A DNA stretch of 64,000 nt from a virus (taxonomy: Duplodnaviria > Caudoviricetes), in IMG/VR virus record IMGVR_UViG_3300035208_002851, positions 36,979 to 100,978 of that record; one strand, given 5' to 3'. Both the position numbers and the translations under genes were made by a program. Under the pieces are notes generated by a model. It was given only the letters and a program-made list of their open reading frames with translations. It did no database searches and was not told where the DNA came from. Shown piece after piece: positions 21,063 to 30,987 of this stretch; positions within the stretch are counted from its first letter, which is position 1; each line of letters begins with the position of its first letter.

Positions 21063-21797
21063 TTAACTAATTCGCGCCAGCAATTTCTCCAATGAAGTTA
21101 CTGGTAAGTCAGATACTCCTGCTAAAAGTTTTAAGTTATTTACCTTCCCCCTGAATAATAAAAACCCAAACTTTTCCGCTTTCTCAACTAAAGTTAAACT
21201 CTTATTTTCTTCAACCCAATCCGAAAGATTAATATTTGATAAACCTATAGTGTTAACCGTACGAACCATAACATTAATAGAACTATCTGCTCCAGTAACA
21301 ATGCTTATCTTTTCCCATTCGTCCCTAAGGAAAGTAGCAATATCAAAATCCGATGGAATATCCGTAATTGGATGAGCATGTATAGTACCAATAACTTCCT
21401 CATTTTCTCTATACTCTTTAGTTTTCTTGAAAGTTACAGATAAATCTTCCCCTATATCAAGCATATCCATCCGTATACCTTCGGGAGTTTTAACCAATAG
21501 AGCACCAAATTCTTTTTTAGTGATATTTGTAAATCTATAGATTTTTTGCACTTGTTCTTCAAAAACATCGTTAAGTATTAACTTACTAGAAACATACCAT
21601 CGTTTTGTACAATCTGCACAATTAAAACCAAAAACGATTTCTTTTTTCCTAACAATTTTAACTTGAACTCTAGACCTCAAATTTCCTTGACATCTAGGAC
21701 ATTGAAAATGCTTATTTTCAGGTTTAGTTTTATCTATAGAAAGAGATGGATAAAGCATTGAGGAAGTATGAACAGGATTTAAAATTTCAGTTGACAT
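21063..21797 (-). CDS. Zn-ribbon + JAB/MPN+ metallo-isopeptidase
   Basis: CPRC...CADC; KEFGALL ... IHAHP....S.FD JAMM motif. Confidence 0.7.
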   Translation of the reverse strand: MSTEILNPVHTSSMLYPSLSIDKTKPENKHFQCPRCQGNLRSRVQVKIVRKKEIVFGFNCADCTKRWYVSSKLILNDVFEEQVQKIYRFTNITKKEFGALLVKTPEGIRMDMLDIGEDLSVTFKKTKEYRENEEVIGTIHAHPITDIPSDFDIATFLRDEWEKISIVTGADSSINVMVRTVNTIGLSNINLSDWVEENKSLTLVEKAEKFGFLLFRGKVNNLKLLAGVSDLPVTSLEKLLARIS

Positions 21798-21969
21798 TTT
21801 TATCTTTTCTCCGTATTTTTAATATTCTTCCATTTCTATTTTTTGAGTTCGTTTATCCTTTAAGTAGCCTTCAGTTCCTTCTGAAAAAACAGCATCGTTC
21901 CATTCATTAAGTGCTTTCTGAAATTCTTTTTGAACTTCTTTTCCCATACTTCTAGGCATTTTGCTCGTT

Positions 21970-22350
21970 TTATATACCCCTCATAAAGTTTCTAAAGTCC
22001 CGAGATATTTTCTGCTTATATTCTCCTACAACTTCGTAAATTGCAGGCCATATATGTGGCTGCGCTTCCATTTGTGAAGTACCAAATTCTAGATATTTAC
22101 TGTAGAACTGACCATACTCGTTTTGAGCATCCGCAATTATAGTGTAATTTGGGAAACTTCCTTCCGCGTGTATACTTTCTGCGTGGCGACCAGTATCATA
22201 AGGAGCATTATAACGTGCTCTGAGAACAATTTCGTTAATCATTTCGTCTGCATCAAATTCTATAATATCTTGATTTTTATCTACAGCTTTTACCATATCA
22301 TCTAATTTTTTTAATGTATCTAAAACATCAACAGTTACTGTAAGAGACAT
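21970..22350 (-). CDS. HK97 gp10-like protein
   Basis: APYDTG...SI, Y..YLEFGT..M.AQP...PA. Confidence 0.75.
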   Translation of the reverse strand: MSLTVTVDVLDTLKKLDDMVKAVDKNQDIIEFDADEMINEIVLRARYNAPYDTGRHAESIHAEGSFPNYTIIADAQNEYGQFYSKYLEFGTSQMEAQPHIWPAIYEVVGEYKQKISRDFRNFMRGI

Positions 22351-22676
22351 TATTTTCCAGCCTTTTTACCTGCATCTTCCATTCTTTTTAATCTTGTATA
22401 GTAATCACTTAATTCATCTAAATGGGCAAGTGCAATTTTAGCAGTCATGAATGGATCATTGTTAGTAATATTCCAATTTCCAGCAGTACCATGTTCAAGT
22501 TCAACGTTTAATCCCATATGGAATTCTTTTAAGTCGTATTTACCAGTTTCCCAGAGTCCCATCTGGTTCCCTATGTCTTGCGCATCTTCAACAGTAAAAC
22601 TTCGTTTATATTCATTTTTAAGTGCTGTAATACACGTTTTTATCTCGTTTATTACATCTTTAGACATATTATACAC
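22350..22676 (-). CDS. DUF5661-like phage protein
   Basis: MGLNVELEH...KIALAHL.E..DYY.RL. Confidence 0.65.
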   Translation of the reverse strand: MYNMSKDVINEIKTCITALKNEYKRSFTVEDAQDIGNQMGLWETGKYDLKEFHMGLNVELEHGTAGNWNITNNDPFMTAKIALAHLDELSDYYTRLKRMEDAGKKAGK

Positions 22677-23124
22677 AACTCTTCACTACTTTTAAAGCAG
22701 CAATATCTGCATCATGAATCCTTACATGTAAAGCCGATAATAGAAGACTGGCAGCCATAGCTTCTGGTTCTCCCTTTTTAACTACCATGGCCTTTTCTAA
22801 CATTATTTTCAAATCATCTATTTCTTTCAATGTAATTGTTTTATCACGTAATTTCTCTAATAGAGCATCTCGTTCATATTCAGTGGGATGGTGTAACAAT
22901 TCAACCATAGATTTTTCAACACCTTCCCAAATTAAATTATTTTTAACCTTGATTTCACGTACATCTTCGCATAAAACTTGGAATTTTACAGAAGTATCTT
23001 TTGATTCTAAAATACCTATTCTTTTGTCCAAATCTGCTGTTGTTTTAAACTGTGTATAAACGAAACCAATTACAGTTATACCAAAAGTTATTAAGGAGAA
23101 AAGTGATTCATATGTAAAATCCAT
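22669..23124 (-). CDS. Membrane-anchored coiled-coil protein (holin-like?)
   Basis: One N-terminal hydrophobic helix followed by a helical region. Confidence 0.4.
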   Translation of the reverse strand: MDFTYESLFSLITFGITVIGFVYTQFKTTADLDKRIGILESKDTSVKFQVLCEDVREIKVKNNLIWEGVEKSMVELLHHPTEYERDALLEKLRDKTITLKEIDDLKIMLEKAMVVKKGEPEAMAASLLLSALHVRIHDADIAALKVVKSCV

Positions 23125-23139
23125 TAATTTAACAACAAC

Positions 23140-25113
23140 CTAATTCAAATTTTCTTTTTTTGAGACCATACCATCAAAGTTTTTTCGTACTTCATTAAAA
23201 CAAGCAGTTTTAAAGAGCTGATATGGTTCTATATCTGTTTCATTGAATTCTAAAGTGTCGGGTTTATTTTTTAATAAGTATGAGGACAACGCATATTTAT
23301 CTATAGACTCTTTAGATGCCCTAAAAAGATCGGTTTTAACGTCTTTTACGAGCATTGCGTCATTTTGAAGCTCAAATTTAGCTTTCTGAGTCAAACCTAT
23401 TAAAGATTCTCTAAATTGTTCGTCTAATTGTAAAAGTTCAATTTTTTTTGCCTTTATCTCTTCCATCTTCATATTACTCTCCGGTGGAGTTTTTGACTGT
23501 TCAGTTATTCTTTTAACATCTGGTTGAGTTTTTTCTTTTTCTACTGGCTGTTCTTCCTCTGTTTGAGGAACACCCTTTGAAAATCCAACAGGTTCAGCTT
23601 TTTCAAGCTTATCATATTTGGCTTCTGGAATTCTATTGAATCCCATTTCTGAACGGCATTCATTTACGCTTATAGCACCTGCTTGTAGCAACTGTATAAG
23701 GCGCTGTGAACGCATATTTTTATCTTCTTCAATAATTGGTTTCCAAATTATACTTGCATTTTCAACGTCTTCGCCAAATTCTTCTGTTATGAGGGGTCTG
23801 AAAATGAATTCTTCTATTGAATCGGCAATAAACTCTTGTAGAACTTGTAACTTTGCAATAAAATCATGAAGTATAACTTCGGCCCCGCCCTTAGAACCCT
23901 TATCTGCTTTGCCCATAAGAATGGGTGGTACACCTAAAGATTGGTATCTTCGTAGAAGTAGATAATTCAACCACCAATCTAGGTTTAGATCGGAGGCAAT
24001 TGTTTGCATTTCCTCAAACTCAACGTCTCCCTTTGTAAAAATCATGGTTGCAGCAGTTCTACTTTTTAAGGTAGACATTAAATCTCCCATTTGGGCGGTT
24101 GTATAAGGCTTCTCCATAGAACCTCCTTTAACAATTAGGGGAGGAACTGCTCTGCTGTGAACCCATGTTGCTGCATCATTCTCAAACTGGAGCAATAAAT
24201 CATTATTTTTCAAAATGGGCATCAAAAGACTGGTGCCATACGCAGATTCATATCCCCAACTTGCGGGGCGATTTCTAATATGTATACAAGATTCGTTATC
24301 TATGAGTACTGGAGGGAAAGCCATCCATTGTATAAACCCATATTGATTACCAAAAGAGTCTCTGCGAACACGCATATAGAGGGGGTCTAAATCTTTTAGT
24401 GCAATAATTGTTTTAGCTTTTCCACTTTTTTTAACGGATTTAGCTATAAAATTCTTATTATTTACCTCGTTTTCTCCCTTATATACAGCTTTTTGCACCT
24501 TTTTAAGTGGTATATCAAGAGATTCTAAATCATCCTTTGTATAATTTTCTCCTTGATATTCATAAATTTGTTCTTTATTTTCTTCTACTTCATCCCATTG
24601 GAGTTCAGTGAAACTGTTACCATAAACTAGGGCATCTGTAGCCATTACAGGTAGATGTTGAGGTAGATTGATTCTGTCACATAGTTTTACTATAAATTTT
24701 GTTACTTTTTTATCTTTATGATAAATTGTGAACCCTTTACCAACAGCAAGGTTAACTTGCATCTGAACTGCATCTTGTACATCTGGTTGAGAACGATAAA
24801 TTTTGCGGTATTGAGGAAGATCAGCGAGAGGGTTGACACCGTAAATTTTAGTATAGATATCTGCATAAGGAGACTGTACAAGTCCATATCCGCTACCAGG
24901 AGGTAAAGATTTATCTCCTGTTCCAAGACCCCTTAAAAGTTTTATTGACGGTTGTTCTTGCCAAGTAGGTGGGACATCAATATCATATTCATCTCTCATA
25001 GATTTTGGAACAAGGCGGGCCTGAATCTCTTTATACGTTTTCATAGATCCATCCCATTCTTTCCTCGCTCCATATCTATACCATGGAGGCCTTTTTTCCT
25101 CTTTAGAACTCAT
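23140..25113 (-). CDS. Portal protein
   Basis: DALVYGN, LDP..M, YG.S.L, LGVPP..MG, G.IS.NE.R. Confidence 0.85.
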   Translation of the reverse strand: MSSKEEKRPPWYRYGARKEWDGSMKTYKEIQARLVPKSMRDEYDIDVPPTWQEQPSIKLLRGLGTGDKSLPPGSGYGLVQSPYADIYTKIYGVNPLADLPQYRKIYRSQPDVQDAVQMQVNLAVGKGFTIYHKDKKVTKFIVKLCDRINLPQHLPVMATDALVYGNSFTELQWDEVEENKEQIYEYQGENYTKDDLESLDIPLKKVQKAVYKGENEVNNKNFIAKSVKKSGKAKTIIALKDLDPLYMRVRRDSFGNQYGFIQWMAFPPVLIDNESCIHIRNRPASWGYESAYGTSLLMPILKNNDLLLQFENDAATWVHSRAVPPLIVKGGSMEKPYTTAQMGDLMSTLKSRTAATMIFTKGDVEFEEMQTIASDLNLDWWLNYLLLRRYQSLGVPPILMGKADKGSKGGAEVILHDFIAKLQVLQEFIADSIEEFIFRPLITEEFGEDVENASIIWKPIIEEDKNMRSQRLIQLLQAGAISVNECRSEMGFNRIPEAKYDKLEKAEPVGFSKGVPQTEEEQPVEKEKTQPDVKRITEQSKTPPESNMKMEEIKAKKIELLQLDEQFRESLIGLTQKAKFELQNDAMLVKDVKTDLFRASKESIDKYALSSYLLKNKPDTLEFNETDIEPYQLFKTACFNEVRKNFDGMVSKKENLN

Positions 25114-25133
25114 CTTTTAATCCTCAAATAAAT

Positions 25134-25277
25134 CTATCTTGAATTAATATTCGGTGGAGATTTTAGAACACAATCGGCGCACCAAGCTACTTTGGCATTT
25201 CCCGCAGCAGTTATAACTTGCGAAGCCTGAGTTTCTGAAGCATCTAAAGTTCTACCACATCTTGAACAAACAACCAT
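25134..25277 (-). CDS. Small Zn-finger protein (47 aa, not in ORF track)
   Basis: MVVCSRCG...WCADC; upstream GGAGG. Confidence 0.55.
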   Translation of the reverse strand: MVVCSRCGRTLDASETQASQVITAAGNAKVAWCADCVLKSPPNINSR

Positions 25278-25303
25278 ATTTTAATCCTCCATTTTTTATT
25301 TTT

Positions 25304-25639
25304 TTAAGGCCAATAATTTGGAAAATCAATATCATTATCTAAAGGAGTTGTTTTATTTGATTTCACAATAGTGAAGAATCTAACTAAATCTCCGTTTATG
25401 TCACAATATTTCATAAAAACTCCACATATTGGGCACGGAGCTAAATAATAATAACTATCAGTAGGATTAAATGATAACATTTGATTAGTTGGACCATGAC
25501 AATTTGGGCAACCTTGTGCATATCTTTGCACTGCCCCATATAAAGCGTAAGCGTCTTGCCCATTTACAAAGCAAATTGCTGGATTTTCACCAGACCCCGT
25601 CTTAAAAGTGGGCAAATTTAAGGACAAATCTAAAAACAC
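25304..25639 (-). CDS. Zn-ribbon protein
   Basis: CPNC...CPIC. Confidence 0.5.
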   Translation of the reverse strand: MFLDLSLNLPTFKTGSGENPAICFVNGQDAYALYGAVQRYAQGCPNCHGPTNQMLSFNPTDSYYYLAPCPICGVFMKYCDINGDLVRFFTIVKSNKTTPLDNDIDFPNYWP

Positions 25640-25676
25640 CTATTAATAGAACTCTCTTCTATAGTCCGTGACCATT

Positions 25677-25883
25677 TTATAGCGGTCCCCACTTTTCAGA
25701 CACAGAATTATAATACCTATCGTAGCGACATTTTTTACATCTTGCACGAATTTTATCACCGTCTCCATGTAAAATTGTATAAGAATAGTTTCTAGAACCA
25801 CATATACAAATTGGTGCTACAGGAACTAGAATTCCTATATCATCATCCTTATTTTTTTGAGGTCTACCAACATTGCTAGTCAT
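25677..25883 (-). CDS. Small Zn-ribbon protein
   Basis: CICG...CKKC. Confidence 0.5.
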   Translation of the reverse strand: MTSNVGRPQKNKDDDIGILVPVAPICICGSRNYSYTILHGDGDKIRARCKKCRYDRYYNSVSEKWGPL

Positions 25884-26015
25884 AAATCTCGTTTTTCCAT
25901 ATAGTTAATTTTTGAACCATTCCACAGTTTTTACAAACAACTTCTCCATTTTTTTGATCTATGAAAATGGAGCTTCCACTACTTTTACAATCCATACATA
26001 TTATGTCGTTTTTTT

Positions 26016-27491
26016 CTACCATATAGGCATACCTTCAGTCATACCCTCTCTATCCTTGTTTAACTTTGCAAAAACGCTGTCACTTCTCATTACAATCATT
26101 GGTTCACATGCAGTATATTCAAATTCTTTGTAAACTGCAAGGGTTGCCGCCCATACCATGTCGTCCATACCAGCGGTTTCTTTACCACTGTAGCGGGTGT
26201 GTAAACCAAATTTTGTAGATGTTCTTTGGATACCATGCAACTGTTTTTCGAATTTTTCGGCTATTTCAGCAACAAATTTATCGGGGGAGTCCTTAGAAGG
26301 TATAGCAAATTTCTTTCTTTGCATCAACATTCGCATGCGGATGATGATGTTTTCTTTGACGTTTGCTGTCAAATCAAAGGGTTGGATGAGGTTTCCGCAA
26401 TTTTCTTCTTTGCTAAGTATATCTTCTAAGACATCTCCCCCCGGTCCACTGGCATCTATCTTTATTAAAGTTGGGTTATATTCATTTTTTAGGGATTTAA
26501 TGATGTCTACTTGTTCATCGTAATGTATTCCAGGCATTATTTCAATATGAATAGTCTTAAAGTTTTCTGGAGCAACTTCTTCTACAACGTAGACTATTGT
26601 TTCTGAAGTTGTTCTACCGAAGTCTATACCAAAATAAATGGGATTCCTTGTTTTATAACCTGAGGAGATGAATTCTTTTATTGTTTGGCAGCCATTTATG
26701 AGTTCGTATGGGAAGAAAGCGAGGGATTCATCAACGAATCCACAGCAATATTCTTGTTCAAAGTCGATATCGGTCATTCCCTCTCGTAGAAATTTCTCTT
26801 GTTTAGCAAGACGAGGACATTCGGTAAAGTGTATATGATGATAACTCCAGGTTGTTTTGGTTTTTGGTGATAATCCTAGATAAACTGACATGAGGGGTTC
26901 TACAACTTCATAGTATTTACCTCGTTTACCGTAAGGGGTACTGTTCATGGTGATGTGACCTCCGATGATTTGGAAGTCACGTACAACAATCCATAATTCT
27001 TTGTCGTTGGCAACATGTGCATATTCGTCAAGATAGACATCTGTTTCGGGCCCTCTCATACCGAAGCCACGGATGTTGCCTGGGTCGCTGGAAGGTAGAC
27101 TCATAATACGGGATCCGTTGCTTAGTCTTGCTACTTGGACGCTGTGTTTACTGAAGGCAGGTTGTAGACTTCTTGGAATTGTGGAAAAAAGGTCGTACCA
27201 TTTACCCAAAAGTTCTTCAGCAATACGTTGACCTGTAGATACAAAGATAATTTGTCTACCGGGCATGGTGAAACTCTTATAGATACTTTCGCCTGCGATG
27301 GTTGTGGAGATGCCTGTTTTTTTAGATTTATTAATGGCACGATTACGGGAGGTGTCGCGGACGAGATGTTTCTGATAAGGATCCATATCCCAGTCAATCA
27401 TACCTTCGGGGGATTCTAGCTTTATGAAGGCTTCTATGAAGTTGACGGGATCTAGAAACATCATTAAAGCATTATCATCAGAGATATCCAT
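26016..27491 (-). CDS. terL: Terminase large subunit
   Basis: PYQ, KSKKTGIS (variant Walker A), YLDEYAH, STPYG, EQEY, GIDFG, DDMVWA; likely start 27491 (TAATG overlap). Confidence 0.9.
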   Translation of the reverse strand: MDISDDNALMMFLDPVNFIEAFIKLESPEGMIDWDMDPYQKHLVRDTSRNRAINKSKKTGISTTIAGESIYKSFTMPGRQIIFVSTGQRIAEELLGKWYDLFSTIPRSLQPAFSKHSVQVARLSNGSRIMSLPSSDPGNIRGFGMRGPETDVYLDEYAHVANDKELWIVVRDFQIIGGHITMNSTPYGKRGKYYEVVEPLMSVYLGLSPKTKTTWSYHHIHFTECPRLAKQEKFLREGMTDIDFEQEYCCGFVDESLAFFPYELINGCQTIKEFISSGYKTRNPIYFGIDFGRTTSETIVYVVEEVAPENFKTIHIEIMPGIHYDEQVDIIKSLKNEYNPTLIKIDASGPGGDVLEDILSKEENCGNLIQPFDLTANVKENIIIRMRMLMQRKKFAIPSKDSPDKFVAEIAEKFEKQLHGIQRTSTKFGLHTRYSGKETAGMDDMVWAATLAVYKEFEYTACEPMIVMRSDSVFAKLNKDREGMTEGMPIW

Positions 27492-29029
27492 TAAGTTTCT
27501 AACCAACCACGCCATGAACCATAACAAACTGTATTTGCATTTGACGCGTCTGCTATAACACTACCAACAACATCACATGTTGTGGGAATCCTTACTGGAG
27601 CTTTAAAATCAAAGTCATTTGCTTCATCTTGTAATGTTATTTCAAACCATGGTTGAAAATAAGATATTTTTGTTAAAGTTGTATCATTAAAGTTTGCACG
27701 CATTGTAAACGTTGAAAAGTGACCAGCTGCTATGGCTGCGGACGAAATATGGACTTCATCTATATAAAGTGTGGAACCAGAAGGTACAGTATAAATTAAG
27801 GAACGTCCTCTAGTTTGACCAGCAACAAGACTTCTATAAATATTGGAATTTGTTGAGCCAGTTAAGTTTATGGTACCAGCAGCTTTTAATAAAGTACCTA
27901 CTGTAATGGGTCTTATACTATTGACTCTATAAATATCTGTCGCTGTTGTTGGAACTGGTGTAACACCATTTAGTGTCATTACTTCAGTTTTAGAAACGTA
28001 ATTTTGGTCTAAATATGTAATTGTGAGTGTTCTTATTCCAGAACCTGTAGAATGATCTAATGGACTTGATGATTGAAGGATCATAGAACCTGTGGTTGTT
28101 GGAAAAACATATTTTCCACCAGTGTTCCATATATCTTGTTCTGCATTAATCACTGTGCTAACGTTTCCCAATTTAGTAAATCCAGAATGACCAGTAATAT
28201 TACCTTCAACTATGTCATAAAGATAAGGCATTGAGGAAACTCTGAGTTTAGAATCTGCTAAACGTAAGGCAGAACCAGTAGAATCCGTAAGATAAACTGA
28301 ACCTGTTATAGCTGCTGAGCCTGTTACTGCTAATGTAACTGTAGAACCAGTAAGGCGTACACCAGAAACGTTTGTAACATTATCTAAATCTCCACCAACT
28401 TGAACGGCACCAGCAGGAGAAACTTTGACATCAACATATGTACCGCCACCAACGGTGGTTTTGCCGGAAATAACGGCTTTTACAGGTTGAATGGTGGTTG
28501 TGTCTACAAGGGTGGTCCCCAACGGGAAGGCAATGCCGCTTTTGTCAGTTTTATATAAAATTGTTTGTAATCTGAATATTGTTTGGGGTGTAGCATCGTT
28601 TGTGTACCTCATTCTGATAAAGGTTGCTCTTGGAGAACCAACATAAAATGAACCGGTATTTATCATAGAACTATTAATTGTAAACATCATGGTTCTATCA
28701 ATAGATACACTATCCATGGAATGATCAAAATATAAGGTACCTGTTTTATCGGTTCTTATTAAAATACAGGTTGAGGCATAATCGCTTGCGTTAAACCAGC
28801 TGCCTGTTATGGATTCGTTTGCTTTTAAAAGTACGGAACCGGTCCATGATGAGGATTCTAGAACTAGGCCATCGTCTGAACCAACAACATAAGTGACTGG
28901 TGCACCGCTGCTACCAGTGACACGTTCCCATTTATTAGTTATGGAATCAAAATATTTTTGGTAGGCTGTTTGACCAGCTTTAACGTTGTTTCCGGTTAAG
29001 GTAGAATTTTCAAAAACAGATTCGGTCAT
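27491..29029 (-). CDS. Putative virion structural protein
   Basis: [ST]GS-rich, beta-rich; FIRMRYTN...Q..FRLQT and YTVP.G.T motifs typical of phage virion proteins. Confidence 0.5.
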   Translation of the reverse strand: MTESVFENSTLTGNNVKAGQTAYQKYFDSITNKWERVTGSSGAPVTYVVGSDDGLVLESSSWTGSVLLKANESITGSWFNASDYASTCILIRTDKTGTLYFDHSMDSVSIDRTMMFTINSSMINTGSFYVGSPRATFIRMRYTNDATPQTIFRLQTILYKTDKSGIAFPLGTTLVDTTTIQPVKAVISGKTTVGGGTYVDVKVSPAGAVQVGGDLDNVTNVSGVRLTGSTVTLAVTGSAAITGSVYLTDSTGSALRLADSKLRVSSMPYLYDIVEGNITGHSGFTKLGNVSTVINAEQDIWNTGGKYVFPTTTGSMILQSSSPLDHSTGSGIRTLTITYLDQNYVSKTEVMTLNGVTPVPTTATDIYRVNSIRPITVGTLLKAAGTINLTGSTNSNIYRSLVAGQTRGRSLIYTVPSGSTLYIDEVHISSAAIAAGHFSTFTMRANFNDTTLTKISYFQPWFEITLQDEANDFDFKAPVRIPTTCDVVGSVIADASNANTVCYGSWRGWLET

Positions 29030-29072
29030 TCTTATAGAACCTCAAAATTAGTTAAAAAATTAGAATAAGGAG

Positions 29073-29237
29073 CTACTCGCCCCAGTCTTCGCCTTCAATT
29101 TGAAGTTCGGAGACTGTGAGTATACCACTATTAAGGTGTATTTCGAGCTCAGTGCCGCAACTTGGGCAGGAGATGATTTCTCCATCTTCGGAGTCTTGTA
29201 AAATTAGTAAAACAGCACCACAACAAGGACAGAGCAT
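29073..29237 (-). CDS. lysW: LysW amino-group carrier protein (54 aa, not in ORF track)
   Basis: MLCPCCGA...GEIISCPSCGTELEI...IEGEDWGE*: two Cys pairs, acidic, diagnostic C-terminal EDWGE. Confidence 0.9.
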   Translation of the reverse strand: MLCPCCGAVLLILQDSEDGEIISCPSCGTELEIHLNSGILTVSELQIEGEDWGE

Positions 29238-29251
29238 TAGTATAAGTGAGA

Positions 29252-29464
29252 CTATGATGTATTTAAAGATTTTGGATTATTTTTATAGTCTTTGATGTTG
29301 TGGAAATCTATAGAACTCATTAGAATTAAGGATAAAAGACAGGGAATCTTTTTCTCTACAGTATTCTTGTAGATTGTTTGGGAACCCTTGGTACAGGTTT
29401 GATCTTTGCAGTTTTTACAGAAAGAGTTTTGGAACCATAAAATTGGGCTGTCACTTTTAGTCAT
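29252..29464 (-). CDS. Small Cys-rich protein
   Basis: CKNC...C...C; upstream GTGA. Confidence 0.45.
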   Translation of the reverse strand: MTKSDSPILWFQNSFCKNCKDQTCTKGSQTIYKNTVEKKIPCLLSLILMSSIDFHNIKDYKNNPKSLNTS

Positions 29465-29752
29465 GATAAATCACTTTTTGGGTGGGTCCCCACAAGGAGC
29501 CAGGTTCAGATAGGTGTAATATCTGAACCTCAGAGTTTAAACACCACTGCTCGCAAACTTCTTGCGGTTGTAAGGGGTGCAAAAGTAGGAACCGTGCAAA
29601 CAAAAGTGAGACAGAGGTACGCTAAAAGTTAGCCTGGCCGGGTTAACTTAGAGGTTGACTTGGTAACGCTTTGCTTGTAGTTAGGGTATACGGATGCTCT
29701 TTTACTGGACCCATAAAGAGAAGTATCAATGGAGATATATAAAGATTGTGGA

Positions 29753-30793
29753 TTATAGAGAGTCTAAGATGTTTTTTACAATCGCGGCTTGAGCCATTAG
29801 AACAGCATATTCTGTTCTTAATTGTGTTAAATCTATTTGAGGAGGACAAGGTTGATTGTGAGCTGCAACGTGGGCATCAAGTAATTCTTGGGTTTCGAAA
29901 GTTAGGTTGTCACCATATGGGCAGGTATATGTACTTGATGGAAGTACTTCGTTTACGAGTTTATAGAATGCTGGTAGCGGGGTGTAACCATTGAAAATGT
30001 TGTAGGATTCTCCTGAGGAATCTGGTTGGCTAGCCCAACAGAAGATAGCATCTACATTATTGGTTTTTGCCCAGTTTACAAATGATTCAACGTAGGCTGC
30101 TTGCTCTGCTGTATCTGAATTGGTTTTACCAAATTCGGTAAACCAGACTTCTTTACCTGCATCGTGGGCGCTTGATATCACGGCAAGCATCTTTGCTTGA
30201 GTAGTACCGTAAACGCTTGTGTTGGGACTTCTGGGATCCCAGTAGGAATTTCTAGAGATGAAATCAGAAGCGGTATCTATGGAAGAGGAATAGTGACCTG
30301 TGGTTGGTGAGTATCCGCACATGAAACGTACTGAAAGTGGAACAGTGGTAACAGATTTTGCAGCAGCTATGACATCTAAAATGAATTGATTTTCACTTGT
30401 AGATGCCGTACGTGCCTGAGGCTCATTGAGAACCATAAATCTATAGACGTTTGAACTTGAGAAGGATGATATAACATTTTTTACGTAGGTTATATATTTG
30501 GTTCTATTAGATGAGGAATTAGAAGCGGAGTCTCGGAAGTAGGTATCCCAGGTGGTGTACCAGGTATGGAGGTCGATACAGACTTTGATATTTAATGCGG
30601 AGGCAGCAGTTATGATCTCTTTAGATTTAGTAATACCGGAGCTGGTACCGGATTGAAATTCATTCATCGTGTTAAGGCGAAGTATAACAGCTGGAGCTCC
30701 TTGGGTTTTAAGGAGCTGTAGGAAGGTAGATACTTCACTGGAAGTCATATTATAAAAATTTAGGAGTTCAGTTGAAACGATTTTTGTGGTCAT
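29753..30793 (-). CDS. Clan-A (GH5-like) glycoside hydrolase with C-terminal Zn-finger-like motif and coiled coil
   Basis: IDLH, VLNEP (acid/base), FTEFG (nucleophile), IFCW. Confidence 0.7.
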   Translation of the reverse strand: MTTKIVSTELLNFYNMTSSEVSTFLQLLKTQGAPAVILRLNTMNEFQSGTSSGITKSKEIITAASALNIKVCIDLHTWYTTWDTYFRDSASNSSSNRTKYITYVKNVISSFSSSNVYRFMVLNEPQARTASTSENQFILDVIAAAKSVTTVPLSVRFMCGYSPTTGHYSSSIDTASDFISRNSYWDPRSPNTSVYGTTQAKMLAVISSAHDAGKEVWFTEFGKTNSDTAEQAAYVESFVNWAKTNNVDAIFCWASQPDSSGESYNIFNGYTPLPAFYKLVNEVLPSSTYTCPYGDNLTFETQELLDAHVAAHNQPCPPQIDLTQLRTEYAVLMAQAAIVKNILDSL

Positions 30794-30987
30794 ATCATAT
30801 CACTTTATCAAAGGACCGTGACCGTATTAAAAGAGGGAGTCAAGTTTTTGGGGAGTTGGAGGAGGGGTCCATTGGGACTCAAAGTAGTGACCGCAGTCTT
30901 GACATTGCCATCGTTGTTTACGTCCGCCTCTGGCAAGAATCTTGTAGCCGCATTTAACGGTATGGGTGGAACTACATTTGGGACAAT

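Noticed and set aside
19238-27491. Internal IGG tripeptides in the prohead protease and terminase (also the GT2 at 3294)
   Set aside because: Internal and lacking the downstream V/Q pattern; consistent with chance
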